A stretch of 56,461 nt of DNA from Macrostomum lignano (taxonomy: Eukaryota). Where the stretch lies: contig NIVC01004179.1 of the NCBI GenBank assembly GCA_002269645.1, positions 1 through 56,461 of the forward strand. Reading direction: 5' to 3'. Below the pieces are notes generated by a model. It saw only the letters and a list, made by a program, of their open reading frames with translations, ran no database searches and was not told the origin of the DNA. The position numbers were made by a program, and so were the translations under genes. Below are positions 1 through 13,785 of the stretch, piece by piece; the first letter of the stretch is position 1; each line of letters opens with the position of its first letter.

Positions 1-1058
1 ACAGATAGGGGAGGCAAAGAGAGATGCACTGAGAGAGAGTGACAGATAGGGGGAGGCAAAGAGAGATGCCGCACTGAGAAGAGTGACAGATAGGGGAGCA
101 AAGAAGATGCACTGAGAGAGAGTGACAGATAGGGGAGGCAAAGAGAGATGCACTGAGAAGAGTGACAGATAGGGGGAGGCAAAGAGAGATGCACTGAGAG
201 AGAGTGACAGATAGGGGGAGGCAAGAGAGATGCACTGAGAGAGAGTGACAGATAGGGGAGGCAAAGAGAGATGCACCTGAGAGAGAGTGACAGATAGGGG
301 GAGGCAAAGAGAGATCACTGAGAGGAGTGACAGATAGGGGAGGCAAAGAGAGATGCACTGAGAGAGAGTGACAGATAGGAGGCAAAGAGAGATGCACTGA
401 GAGAGAGTGACAGATAGGGGCAAAGAGAGATGCACTGAGAGAGAGTGACAGATAGGGGAGGCAAAGAGAGATGCACTGAGAGAGAGTGACAGATAGGGGA
501 GCAAAGAGAGATGCACTGAGAGAGAGTGACAGATAGGGGAGGCAAAGAGAATGCACTGAGAGAGAGTGACAGATAGGGGAGGCAAAGAGAGATGCACTGA
601 GAGAGAGTGACAGATAGGGGGAGGCAAAGAGAGATGCACTGGAGAGAGAGTGACAGATAGGGGGAGGCAAAGAGAGATGCACTGAGAGAGAGTGACAGAT
701 AGGGGGAGGCAAAGAGAGATGCACTGAGAGAGAGTGACAGATAGGGGGAGGCAAAGAGAGATGCACTGAGAGAGAGTGACAGATAGGGGAGGCAAAGAGA
801 GATGCACTGAGAGAGAGTGACAGATAGGGGGCAAAGAGAGATGCACTGAGAGAGAGTGACAGATAGGGGGAGGCAAAGAGAGATGCACTGAGAGAGAGTG
901 ACAGATAGGGGAGGCAGAGAGATGCACTGAGAGAGTGACAGATGGGGAGACAAGAGAGATGCACTAGAGAGAGTGACAGATAAGGAGGAGAGCAGAAGAG
1001 ATGCACTGAAGAGTGACAGAAGAGAGACGCACTGAGAGAGAGTGACAGATAGGGGAGA
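1..1058. repeat. ~42-bp minisatellite array (ATGCACTGAGAGAGAGTGACAGATAGGGGGAGGCAAAGAGAG), runs off the window start
   Basis: More than 20 tandem copies read directly; variants are mostly 1-nt losses in G-runs and GA-runs. The 315..953 ORF is an artefact of the repeat. Confidence 0.97.
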
Positions 1059-1285
1059 GCTATGATTGGAATTCTTTTATGCTAGAGATCCTGGTTCGAG
1101 TCTTCAGGCAGCGAACTGATGTCGCTAAAGGCGACTTTGCCGTTGCAGTTAGTGGAGCAGAACTTTTTAGACTCATATCCCTGAGTTGGGATGCTGATCC
1201 CATATTCATCAGGCGGGCCAGTGTTGTGCCGAGTCAGTTCGAGTTATCATCAGCGAGACTCAGTCCCTCCATATTTCCCCTCCAG

Positions 1286-1665
1286 CTAAAGTGCAGACGA
1301 TTCCTCTGCAGCCAAGCGACCAGTCAGTCCAATTCCTGAGACAATTCAAAGTGTTTAGCGGCCCGGCAGCTGAGCCCCCCCCCGCCTCATCAGCAATATA
1401 TTATTTCCTCCAATTCCTTTAGCCTTCTTGCCGAAATTTTCTTTCTCGAGCCCCGTCGCCGGCCTCTTCGAATTTGCATTTCGCCTCCTGGCCTTCCATT
1501 CCCAATCCCCCAAACCACCGCCTTCCCGCCTCCCCCCGCGGCGGGTGGCTGCACTTTCAGCCGGCCGTCGGGGAAGCCAGGTGGCGCCATAGAGGGCAAC
1601 AGGACCAAATTCTGGCATTCTGGCGATGGGAGCGCAGCCCCGCCGCCACCGCCACTGCACCCTGA
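1286..1665 (+). CDS. Possible upstream exon of the Neto-like gene (CUB-like fragment), unresolved
   Basis: Pyrimidine-rich acceptor TTTCCCCTCCAG at 1274-1285, then a long open frame containing QYIISSNSFSLLAEIFF, which resembles the late strands of a CUB domain. The donor phase does not join cleanly to the exon at 2521. Confidence 0.25.
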
Positions 1666-1879
1666 AGTAGGAATGTCAGACAGGGGAAACGGGATCTTCT
1701 GCACCTGCTGCGGCGGCCACTCAATAATCCCCTCACAGCCAAGTCCCGGAACTCGGCATTCACGGGCCTGAAGCTTCCGAAACTAAAAAACTGCTTCATC
1801 TGCTGAGAGTCGCTGCTGGGACAGGTTGACTGACTGGGGTCCGGTGGGGGACACGCCTGCACAACATTTCCTTGAAAAC

Positions 1880-2516
1880 TTTCTATTCGATTCGATTCTA
1901 TTCTGTTCTATTCTATACCATTCTATTCTATTCGATTCGATTATATTCTGTTCTGTTCTGTTCTGTTCTACTCTGTTCTATTCTATTCTATTCTGTTCTA
2001 TTCTGTGATATTCTATTCCATTCTATTCTATTCGATTCTATTCTATTCTGTTCTGTTCTGTTCTGTTCTACTCTGTTCTATTTTATTCAGTTCTGTTATA
2101 TTATATTCTATTCTACTCTATTCTATTCTATTCTATTCTATTCTATTCTATTCTATTCTATACTACTCTATTCTATTCTATTCTATTCTATTCTATTCTA
2201 TTCTATTCTATTCTATTCTATTCTATTTTATTCTGTTCTGTTCTGTTCTGTTCTACTCTGTTCAATTTTATTCAGTTCTATTATATTATATATATTCTAC
2301 TCTATTCCATTCTATTCTGTTCTGTTCCATTCTATTCTATTCTATTCGGTTCTATTCTATTCTATTCTATTCTATTCTATTCTATTCTATTCTATTCTAT
2401 TCTATTCTATTCTATTCTATTCTATTCTATTCTATTCTATTCTATTCTATTCTATTCTATTCTATTCTATTCTATTCTATTCTATTCTATTCTATTCTAT
2501 TCTATTCTATTCTATT
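1880..2516. repeat. (TTCTA)n/(TTCTG)n pentanucleotide microsatellite, intronic
   Basis: Direct reading; it ends immediately before the CAG acceptor at 2518-2520. Confidence 0.97.
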
Positions 2517-2520
2517 CCAG

Positions 2521-2663
2521 AATGCCGCCTGGAGCTCCGGCTCCCAGTGGACCGCCAAGAAGTGCTCACAACCAAGCAGTTGAAGGACAAGATTCCTGCC
2601 GGAAATGCGACCACAAAGCCGGTGGACTGCTCCATTGATGCCACCTCACCGGAGGACACAAAG
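2521..2663 (+). CDS. neto: Neto-like gene, internal exon (start of a CUB domain)
   Basis: TTCCAG|AATGC...ACAAAG|GTGCGA, phase 1 to 0; encodes CRLELRLPVDRQEVLTTKQLKDKIPAGNATTKPVDCSIDATSPEDTK and joins in frame to the exon at 5989. Confidence 0.75.
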
Positions 2664-3664
2664 GTGCGAATTTCACCTACCTCTATGGTGCCAACTTTTT
2701 CTATTCTAAATCTACGTACTCTTTCCCACCTCTTCCTTCCCGCTCTCCCAACTTCCCACTCTCACATCCTCCTTCCCACTTTTATTTCACACTACAGCAT
2801 TGACTTCAAAACTTGCCGTTGGTTGGGAATCGGTCACACGGAGGGGAGACTCCTAGCAACTTCAGCTCGCTCTCTCTTCCCCAGGTGACCAGGCGAAGGA
2901 CAGGGGGGGGAGTTCTCACTCTCAGTTTGTTTGCCGATCGTGTCCGCCTTCGCTGCTCCGCCAACGGTGCTTTTAGCCTTTTGCTGTTAATGCATCTCTT
3001 CTGGGGTGCAGCGCAGGCCGCGAGCAGTATTGCTGCTCCTGGGGGGGGGGGGGGGGGGCAGTGAACTCAGATCGGCAGGCCACCAGTGCAAGACCTAACT
3101 CGCCCCCACTCTCTATCTGTCCCTCGCGTCCTGCCCTCCCATTCCCCGTGTTTTCTCAGTTGAGTGACGCCTCTGCGTCGCCAGACTGCGTTGGGGCAGC
3201 AGGAAAAATGAAATATATAAAAATTGAGCTGACTGCCTCGCGCTTGCCAGCCTGGTCGGTCGGTCACTCCGTGCACTGAGCAAAGAGCAAACTTCGAGAT
3301 CTGCTGCTGCTGCTGCTGCTGCCGCCTGTGCCATTCCTCCTGTCCCTGTGGGTTGACACAGGGTGGCTGAGGTGGTCGTGCAGGCTTTTTTTTCTTAGTT
3401 TGAGCCTCCTTCTAAGAGAACAAAAGCCATTCACGGAAGACAATTTGAGAATGCTGATCCCACTGTCTGGTGGCCCCGCCTGGCCTGGGCTGGCCAGGGA
3501 AATTCAAGGCTGCATGCGAAAAAAGGAGGGGAGGGCGACTTTTGCAGACAATTGCCCTGCCGAACTGCTGCAGGCTGACGGCCTGGCTGCCTGTCCGCCC
3601 CTGGCAACTGGCGACTGCTGCTGCACTGCGGGTCAGGCAGTGCTGGCCAGGCCGCCCAGGGACC

Positions 3665-4847
<1,183 letters not shown>

Positions 4848-5988
4848 CAAGCAGAAAAGCAGTCGCAGGAGGCAGAAAGGCAGCAGAGATGCTGAGAGGG
4901 ATGAAGCAAGGATGAATGGCTTTATAAAGAAACTGGAGAAGCCGATAACCTTGAGTCGATGAAAACGGGAAATATGAGGAGATTTTCAACAGGTTTCACA
5001 CCTGCTCACTGATGCCATTGAGGGCAGGGCAAGGGGGCTCTCATCGGCAAGATGAGCAGCCGGATGCGGCAGCCAATTAATTATCCACCCGCGAATGAGC
5101 ACAAGAAGTGGCTATTTCTGTCAATAGGCACCAGTTGGGACAAAAATTGATGGGAGTAAAATATAAATGCTGTGGCTGGGGTCTCCCTCCCCCCCGGCTT
5201 GTCCTGTATCATTCTGAAATTCTGAAAATCAATAATTGATGCATTTTTGCTGATCGCATGCGCTGGGATTTGGCCGAGACCGGAGGTGGGAGACGACGCT
5301 GGCTGGGTGGGAGCAGTTTTGCCCGCAGCTGGCAAGGGCGTGGGGTTGGGAGTAGCGCACTTTTAACAGCGCGCATTAATATTTGCCCGTCTGGGAGCGA
5401 TTAGGGTTTAATTATGCTTAAAAATACTGAGCTGTACAATGCGAGTGACTGGGAGTTGCGGGCAGGCTGGGCAGTCAAGTTCAGATGACTGAAGCACAGT
5501 CTAACAGATGAATCAGAGTCAGAGATGGTCAGTTTTCGATTTAGACAGATGTGAGTCGAACTATGAGTCGGAAGAGTCAGAGACTGTAGAAAAAATAAGA
5601 CTAAAAACACTAGAACTAAATTAGATGTTAAATTGAATACTAAAATAAGCCAGTAAGTGGGCGCAGGGCCCAAACAAGTATATTTATACCATACATTAAC
5701 TTAAGGGGTTTGAATTGCAGATAATAAAGAGAGGGGTGGAGTGCGAGATAGAGTGGCGAGAATGGAGAACCAATCAGAACGCAGCAAGGGAGAGAGAGAT
5801 AAAAATAACAAGATTGAGCTAGACAGAGAGAGAGAAAACGGAGTAAACAGAGACAAGTGAAGGTGAACTAAGAAATGACTAGGAAAGTCGCGACAGAGAC
5901 AGATGAGTCAGAGATGGTCAAGTTTAGATTTAGACAGATGTGAGTCAGATGTGAGTCAGGAGAGTCCAATCCCACCACCTGGCCGCAG

Positions 5989-6238
5989 ATCTTCTTCTCC
6001 CTGGAGAGCATGGTGGTTCGCCGCGACGACGCGTGCGACCTGCACCAGCTGACCTTCTTCGACGGGTTCACCTCCGGCGAGGCAAGAGACGGGCCCAGCG
6101 CCCCCGTCTGCAAATCACTGGAGGAGGCGAACGCCAAGGGCCACCTGTCCACGAAGCGCCGTGTCGTGATCCGAGTGACCTCCCGAGATGCCTACCTGAT
6201 GCCCGATTTTGTTGTGGTGCTCACAGTTGTGCGACTTG
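5989..6238 (+). CDS. neto: Neto-like gene, exon completing the CUB domain
   Basis: GCCGCAG|ATC...CTTG|GTGAGT, phase 0 to 1; encodes IFFSLESMVVRRDDACDLHQLTFFDGFTSG...PVCKS...HLSTKRRVVIRVTS...FVVVLTVV, a CUB Cys/strand pattern. Confidence 0.8.
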
Positions 6239-6351
6239 GTGAGTCTCTGGGCACTTTGCTGAGCGCATCTGTGCACTTTCTCATAATCAGTGCGATTTTG
6301 CATTGTTCGTTGAGACGTTCTCATGGTTGGCATGGAATTTCGTCCTTGGGT

Positions 6352-7215
6352 CCGAGTCAGTTAATACACTCCACGAGTCAGTTAATACACTCCATGAGTC
6401 AGTTAGACACTCCACGAGTCAGTTAATACACTCCACGAGTCAGTTAGACACTCCACGAGTCAGTTAATACACTCCACGAGTCAGTTAGACACTCCACGAG
6501 TCAGTTAATACACTCCACGAGTCAGTTAGACACTCCACGAGTCAGTTAATGCACTTCGCGAGTCAGTTAATACACTCCACGAGTCAGTTAATACACCCGC
6601 GAGTCAGTTAGTCACACCACGAGTCAGTTAATACACTCCACGAGTCAGTTAATACACTCCACGAGTCAGTTAATACACCCCGCGAGTCAGTTAGTCACAC
6701 CACGAGTCAGTTAATACACTCCACGAGTCAGTTAATACACTCCACGAGTCAGTTAATACACCCCGCGAGTCAGTTAGTCACACCACGAGTCAGTTAATAC
6801 ACCCCACGAGTCAGTTAATACACTCCACGAGTCAGTTAGACACTCCACGAGTCAGTTAATGCACTTCGCGAGTCAGTTAATACACTCCACGAGTCAGTTA
6901 AGACACTGCACGAGTCAATTAGACACCCCACGAGTCAATCAGACACTCCACGAGCCAATCAGACACTCCACGAGTCAATCAGACACTCCACGAGTCAATC
7001 AGACACTCCACGAGTCAATCAGACACTCCACGAGTCAATCAGACACTCCACGAGTCAATCAGACACTCCACGAGTCAATCAGACACTCCACGAGTCAATC
7101 AGACACTCCACGAGTCAATCAGACACTGCACGAGTCAGTTAGACACTCTCTGAGAGTTCCGTTAGACATTCCACGAGTTAGTTAGTTAGGACACTCCACA
7201 AGTCAGTTAAGACGC
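6352..7215. repeat. 21-bp minisatellite (CACGAGTCAGTTAATACACTC and variants), intronic
   Basis: About 40 tandem copies; the unit drifts to CACGAGTCAATCAGACACTC toward the 3' end. Confidence 0.96.
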
Positions 7216-8555
7216 TCGCAAGCTTTGCTAAGAAACTGTTAGTTTCTTTTCTACTTCTGGTATCCAACTTTGGTATTTCATCGCTTCCCTGGCCTGCGTG
7301 TCACGGTCGGGTTCTACTAGCTCGTTCCTTCTATTCGATTCTTCCGTAGCGCAGCGTTCGCAGTTTTCCTCTCGCTATTTTTATTCCCAAGACTTCCCCG
7401 GAAGGTGCACCACCTCGACCCTCCCTCGGGGTCGCCGGCATGATCTATGCGTGCACCCGTATCATCCCCCTCGCGCTCTGTTGGGCGCTGCTTAATTGCG
7501 GCGGCGCATCAAAGCTTATTAATAATTAAAACCAGCACAAGCCTCGAGCGAATCGGGACACTGCGCTGCCAGTAGTTATTTATTATTGTTATCCTCAGGG
7601 CGAATTTGGTACGGACTGTTACAGAACTGTTACAACGCGGTTCGGCCGCTGTTCCAAACCATCAAATTGTGCTGCAGCATTGCGGCTCCACCCGACCCTC
7701 GTGGCGGCATTCGCTTTCGCATTCCATTCTCTGCTGCTTTCCAACTTTGCTGCTTCCAGTCTGGCAATGCAACACCCTGCTTGCCAGGCAGAATTCCTGG
7801 TTAACACAGCAACTGTAATTGGCGGCAGACGTGTGTTAGTGCATGGCTCGTCTGACAATATCAAGCGCTGATTGAGGTCACTACTAGCCCGCAGTCAGCC
7901 GGGCCTGTTGAGGTGGGCCGATTCCGAACAGTGCATTTGTGATTGATTTATGGCGCCCCGCAACGCGGACCGGTGCGAAGACTGAGCGGATGGAATTCGC
8001 GTTTTATCGGCTGCCAAATCTGCTTCGTGTCGGGGCTTCGGGAGGCCTCTCCCGGGAGTGGATTTGGCGTAAATCCTGGCAAATTGCCGGACGGAAAGTG
8101 AAAATAAGGGTCCTATCTTAAGTACAAGATGAACCTTCGACTATGTTATCCACATTCAAAAAGGTTTCTTTACCAAGCGTCGTTATCAATTCTGGGAAAT
8201 TTTCTAGGAAATCAGTGCACTGTAACACTGATTAGTACCAAAGTTCAGCGCGCACAGTTGAGTCAGACGCCATGACTAAGGCGCATCATTCCTAGCTGAT
8301 CCCTGCAATACGGGCAAAATGAAATTCGTTACGAACTTGTGAGGGATCTGCCAGACAGCTCCTTTGCTCCTGACCACGGGGGCCTGCCTGCTACAACTGT
8401 TTCCCCCCCCCCACGTCTCTCCCGCTTGATCCGGGCATTCCTGCTTGGATCCCCTAACACTTTACCCCCTGAGTGACAGCTCGTCGGAACCCGCCTCCCG
8501 CCTTGGCGTTGCAGCAAAGTTTCTAATCTACCGTTTAATCCGTTCAACCCGACAG

Positions 8556-8702
8556 GAGTCTGCCAGGAGGCCACCGAGTTCGAGTGCGGCGAGGGGCAGT
8601 GCATCGACTCCCGGTTGGTGTGCAACTCTCACATCAACTGCCCCGACGGCAGGGACGAGGCCAACTGCGCCGAGAAGACCGGCCACGGACACGGCGCTCC
8701 GG
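8556..8702 (+). CDS. neto: Neto-like gene, LDL-receptor class A exon
   Basis: GACAG|GAGTC...CCGG|GTGAGT, phase 1 to 1; encodes VCQEATEFECGEGQCIDSRLVCNSHINCPDGRDEANC, a six-Cys LDLa with the DGxDE motif. Confidence 0.9.
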
Positions 8703-9289
8703 GTGAGTCCAGAGCATCCCGCCTATCTGAGCAATTACAGAGCCCCAACGTCTTCTATAAAACCAGCTGGCTACATCTAGGATTTTAGAGCCAGTTGCTA
8801 TCTGTCTGCTTCTGTGCAGGCAGTAGAAAACATCCGCTGCTGCGTAGCTGCTTCTGTCAGGTTTTTTTCCCCGTCGCTAGCCGCGGGGAGGCGAGAGACA
8901 GACAAAACAGGAGAAGAAAGCCAGATTCTGTCCTGCTTCTAAAAGAAGAGAGAAAAGGCCGGGGGCGCGGGTCCGTCAATCAAGATAAGGCGAAAGTTTA
9001 CCCGGGTCGGCCGCCCTCCACTCCATCTTATCCGATGTTCCGGTATCCGTGCCGTGGGTTTTAGCAGGTAAAGCTGGCTGGCTCAGGGTACTCAGGACTT
9101 CGGCATTACGCACCGATGAAAGGCGGCACTGCGGGCGGCCCGGCACTGCCAGCAACTGCAGTTTGCGCCAAGAGCCACTTTCGCTTGACTGCGGCCAGAA
9201 TCTGTGCGACAGTTTTGTGTCCTTCACCGGGTGCAACATTCCGAACTTAGTGAATGTTTTTAGCCTTGATCAGTAATCTTTTGCTTTTT

Positions 9290-9582
9290 TATTGTTGTCC
9301 AGCGGGCCAAATATCGAGAGAGATGGTAAAGTAAATGCAGATGTGCACCCTGTGTGAGTCTGTGTGATGTGCTTGTGCGTGCATTACTGACTTTCCTGAC
9401 TTTCTAATCGTCACACATGTACACTCTTTGTGCCTTGGAGTTGGCCTTCATGGGTGTGAAGCACATACAACCATCTCGGCCAATTCGGTGCACAAGTCCG
9501 AGATGAAAGTGGCCGCGCACGGAATCGAACCAGGGGTCAGTCAGCGATAGTCAGACGCGTTTGCCGCTGAGCTGCTCTGCGG
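9290..9582 (-). mobile_element. Putative tRNA-derived SINE
   Basis: The minus strand has an A-box-like CAGCTCAGCGG (9564-9574), GCGTCTGACT, and a B-box GGTTCGATTCC (9521-9531), but no intact cloverleaf. The 3' boundary is approximate. Confidence 0.45.
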
Positions 9583-9858
9583 GTGATGATGCTGGTGATG
9601 ATGCTGGTGATGATGCTGGTGATGATGCTGGTGATGATGCTGGTGATGATGCTGGTGATGATGCTGGTGATGATGCTGAGAATGATGTTGGTGATAATGT
9701 TGGTGATGATGCTGGTGATGATGCTGGTGATGATGCTGTTGATGATGCTGAGAATGATGTTGGTGATGATGCTGGTGATGATGCTGGTGATGATGCTGGT
9801 GATGATGCTGGTGATGATGCTGAGAATGATGTTGGTGATGATGTTGAACATGATGCTT
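9583..9858. repeat. 12-bp repeat (GATGATGCTGGT)n, intronic
   Basis: Direct reading. Confidence 0.96.
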
Positions 9859-10015
9859 AACTAAGATCTAATTACTATCTTAATACTTAGGTACCGTGTT
9901 TTTACGACAATGCGGAGATTGAGCAGCGTTATGACCATTTCATTGGTTATGACCACTGTATTGATTGAGAGCAGTTCCATGAGATGACAATGATGGCTCG
10001 CAAATTTCCCCGCAG

Positions 10016-11195
10016 GCGGAGTCGGCGGCGCTGGCATCCCGGAAAGCACAGTGAAGACCACCAGCGACAGGAAAAGCGACGAAATGTCCTACCACCCCAT
10101 CATCCTGGGCTCCATCGGCGCCGGCTTTCTCATCCTCACCATGGCCTGCTGCTGCGTCACCTTCAAGCAGCGTCTCAAGGAGCGTCGCGCGAACCATTGC
10201 TCGGCTGAGCCGGCCGATGCGGCAACGGCGACAGCAGCCAGCGCCGGCCTGTCCCGGGAGCCCTCAGTGCGAGCCGCCACCGCGGGCGGCCCGGACTCGC
10301 CGATGCTGCCGCACCTGACCAGCCTGCACCAGACTGACGGCTTCGGGCCCTACGGCAAGCAGAACGGAGCGGCGCCGCTCAGCGTCCACCAGCTGCAGCA
10401 CCAGGCAATGCCGCAGCCGCAGCCGCAGCCGCCACAGGTGACGCCGTCCCGAGTGCGCGTGGGGAAATTTCTGGATCCGATCGGCGGCAGCTGCGAGCAG
10501 GACTCTCCAATCGTAGAAATCTTCAGCGGCGCGCCCGACTGCCCCAGCCAGCAGCGGCAGCAGCCGCAGTTCGGCTATCGAACTCCGCCGCCAGCAGCGG
10601 CCCGGCGGCTGGCCGGCGGCTTCTCTAAGCAGGAGTCCTCGGACACGGCCGCCTCCTCGTCTGGCGGCGCGGGAAGCAGCAGCTTCGCGGTGCACCCGCA
10701 CTCGACCCACACGTTGCCTCCGCCGCCACCGCCGCCTCCAACGCCTCCACCGCCCCCGATGCCGCTGACGCCCGGCTGCGAGCTTCGGGCTGGCGGCAGC
10801 GGCGGCGGCAGGCGCGGCGTTGTTGGCGACCCCCGGCTGGTGCCGTCCCGGTCGATTCCCGGACACCTGGGCGAGTCGAGTGTCGACTTTGATGAGAGCG
10901 AATCAGCGGACGAGAACTCGGCCGCAGCTGCTGCTCCCGGCCAGCGCCACCCCCGCTACTGGCTCACGAAGCAGCGGTCACAGCCGGGCACTGGGAATAT
11001 CAGCTTCATCACATGCCTCATCAGTATCAGCATCATCATCAGCAGCAGCAACAGCAGTTTGAGATGATGCAGCCTCATAGCCAGTTTCACTATCAGCAGC
11101 AGCAGCAGCAGCAGCCACAGCAGATGATGATCATCCGAAGGACGCCCCCTTCAGGCGGTCAGCAGCGCAAGACCAAGATGGTGTTCCAGGCGTGA
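10016..11195 (+). CDS. neto: Neto-like gene, last exon: transmembrane helix and P/Q/H-rich cytoplasmic tail (one apparent frameshift near 10935-10960)
   Basis: CCCCGCAG|GCGGA acceptor, phase 1; TM segment PIILGSIGAGFLILTMACCCVTF followed by KQRLKERR. The CUB-LDLa-TM order is the Neto/SOL-2/LEV-10 architecture. The as-sequenced frame stops at 11067; the -1 frame reads ...HWEYQLHHMPHQYQHHHQQQQQQFEMM...KTKMVFQA* to 11195. Confidence 0.78.
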
Positions 11196-12311
11196 TGTCT
11201 GCCTCTGTCTCAGTCTCTCTTCTGACTTCAGCGAACAGAAACGAATGCTTCCAAAGTTCACGGGCAGACCTCTCTCTCCTCTCGTTGCAATAGATTTGTT
11301 GCAGCGTCTGAAACCGCTTCATCGCCCAGACTCCCATGTTGGAAAAGTAGGAAAATCTTACACAATTATCGCAAAGTCAGGGCAACCCCGTTTGACCCCC
11401 CCCTCTCGTTTCAGTCAGTCACTCACGCGTGAAAACGGTTGCTTTTGTTAGGAACAAAGAGAATTCAATGCTTGACACGGGGTGGCTTTGCAGACTTTCA
11501 TACGTCTGTCAAACTTTGCGGTTCGTTCATTTTTCATTGTTTCATTTGCCCGTCTGTCTCTGTTGAAGTATCCCATGCGCATTGCAAAGCCACCCAACCC
11601 TCTTGCCACTTGACACAGTGATCGATAATTTCACCCTTGTTGACTTGGAAAATCTCTGAGCACTTTGTTGCTATCTAGCTGCTGCTGTCTTGAGGAATTT
11701 TCTAAGAAAGCACTGAGTAGGCCTTAGTGCAGCTAACTGACCAAAGAACTGAGCGCTGGCTAGTTTCAGCTCATACTAGTAGTTGTCATAAATCACAGGG
11801 CATGACTTACTAGTCTCCCCCCGTGTCCACCCCTATCTGTCAGTCTCTGCATGCTATTAAACTAAAGTCTTCTGAACTCATAAACAGTACGCAATGGAGC
11901 TGCTTGTACTTGTGGCCTTAATGCAAGCAGTGTTTTATATTAAAAATGCAGGTTTCCATGCGCCCGAAGACCCAACCAGCTTGGATAGTAGTATATTTAG
12001 AATTTGTTTCTCCGTGAAATACTCACTAATCATTGCTGTTACCCCCCCCCGAGTTTATCTGATTAAAACAAAACAAAACTTGCTTGAGGACTTGACAGTA
12101 AAATTTTCTTATTTGTTAATCATCTAACTTTGACAATTTGCTCTGATTTTACCATATCAGTAAGGGCTGCGCCTGACAATAGTTAATGCCTAATAAACTG
12201 ATGACAGACCTGTCCAGTGAAAAGAGAATTAAATAACTCGTACTACTACAGTTTGTGATTAATTTTTTTAACTGAAACTTTCGAATTGTCGAAAGGTCAG
12301 TGCCGTGTAGT

Positions 12312-12828
12312 TTGCTAACAGGTGACACCTACAACTGAAGCCAAGGACTATTGCTAACAGGTGACACAACTGAAGCCAAGGACTATTGCTAACAGGTGAC
12401 ACCCGAAACTGAAGCCAAGGACTATTGCGACACCCGAAACTGAAGCCAAGGACTATTGCTAACAGGCGACACACAACTGAAGCCAAGGACTATTGCTAAC
12501 AGGCGACACCCGAAACTGAAGCCAAGGACTATTACTAACAGGTGACACCCAAAGCTGAAGCCAAGGACTATTGCTAACAGGTGACACCCAAAGCTGAAGC
12601 CAAGGACTATTGCTAACAGGTGACACCCAAAGCTGAAGCCAAGGACTATTGCGACACCCGAAACTGAAGCCAAGGACTATTGCTAACAGGTGACACCCGA
12701 AACTGAAGCCAAGGACTATTGCTAACAGGCGACACCCGAAACTGAAGCCAAGGACTATTGCAAACAGGTGACACTACTGAAGCCAAGGACTATTGCTAAC
12801 AGGTGACACCCAAAACTGAAGCCAAGGA
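12312..12828. repeat. 39-bp minisatellite (GCTAACAGGTGACACCCGAAACTGAAGCCAAGGACTATT)
   Basis: About 13 tandem copies with short internal deletions. Confidence 0.96.
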
Positions 12829-13510
12829 CTAATTTTCCAAGGTCCCAAGGAAAATTAAATACATTTTAGAACTGTCTCCAATAACCAGCAACAAGTGAAA
12901 CTTTGAGCATTTCCTGAAGGTTTCTGGCCCGCTTCTCCGGGCAATCGGGAACTGGGAAATTCGCACAGCCACTTGTCCCCGCGTGCCCTCCTCGCCATCA
13001 TGTTTATTGCGGTTTATTTTCGCAAAAAAGGTGAAGACAGGTGCAGCTGAAATATGGGGCTTAGCAAAGAGGTTGGTGGAGGGCGCGTTTGTCATGTCAA
13101 TCAGCAAGGCTTTGACTCTGCTGCCACCTACAAGTGATGCGTGTACTTCTCTTGTTTTCTTATTTGACCGGGGAGGGCCGGCCGGGAACTTCCTTGTCTG
13201 ACGCGAGGCACTTGATAAGCCGGCCTCTCGCATCCCAGAGGCCGGTGGTTTATTCTGTAAACTAGGCAAAACTCTGCTTTGGCTTCGAGCGCATCAACAG
13301 ACAGCAGGTGTGAAACTGCCTGCTTCTCGAGACGCAGCCTCCGAAGCTTCATCGATTGAAAACGCATCTTCAGACAGGCTGAAAATCAACTTTTTTTATT
13401 CCCATATTGGAAGCGCTTCGCTAATATTGAGTAGATAAACTTATTCTGCTACTTGCAGTAAAGTAAGCAGCATTCTTATTGATCAAAGCTATTATAATTA
13501 TAGAACTAAC

Positions 13511-13785
<275 letters not shown>

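Noticed and set aside
5500-5965. ~70-bp imperfect direct repeat (5505-5580 and 5890-5965) in a Neto intron as LTRs
   Set aside because: No TG..CA ends, TSD, PBS or PPT; it looks like a local duplication.
6352-7215. CRISPR-like look of regularly spaced repeats with a mini-palindrome (ACTC-CAC-GAGT)
   Set aside because: Head-to-tail units with no unique spacers, no cas genes, and a eukaryotic intron context.
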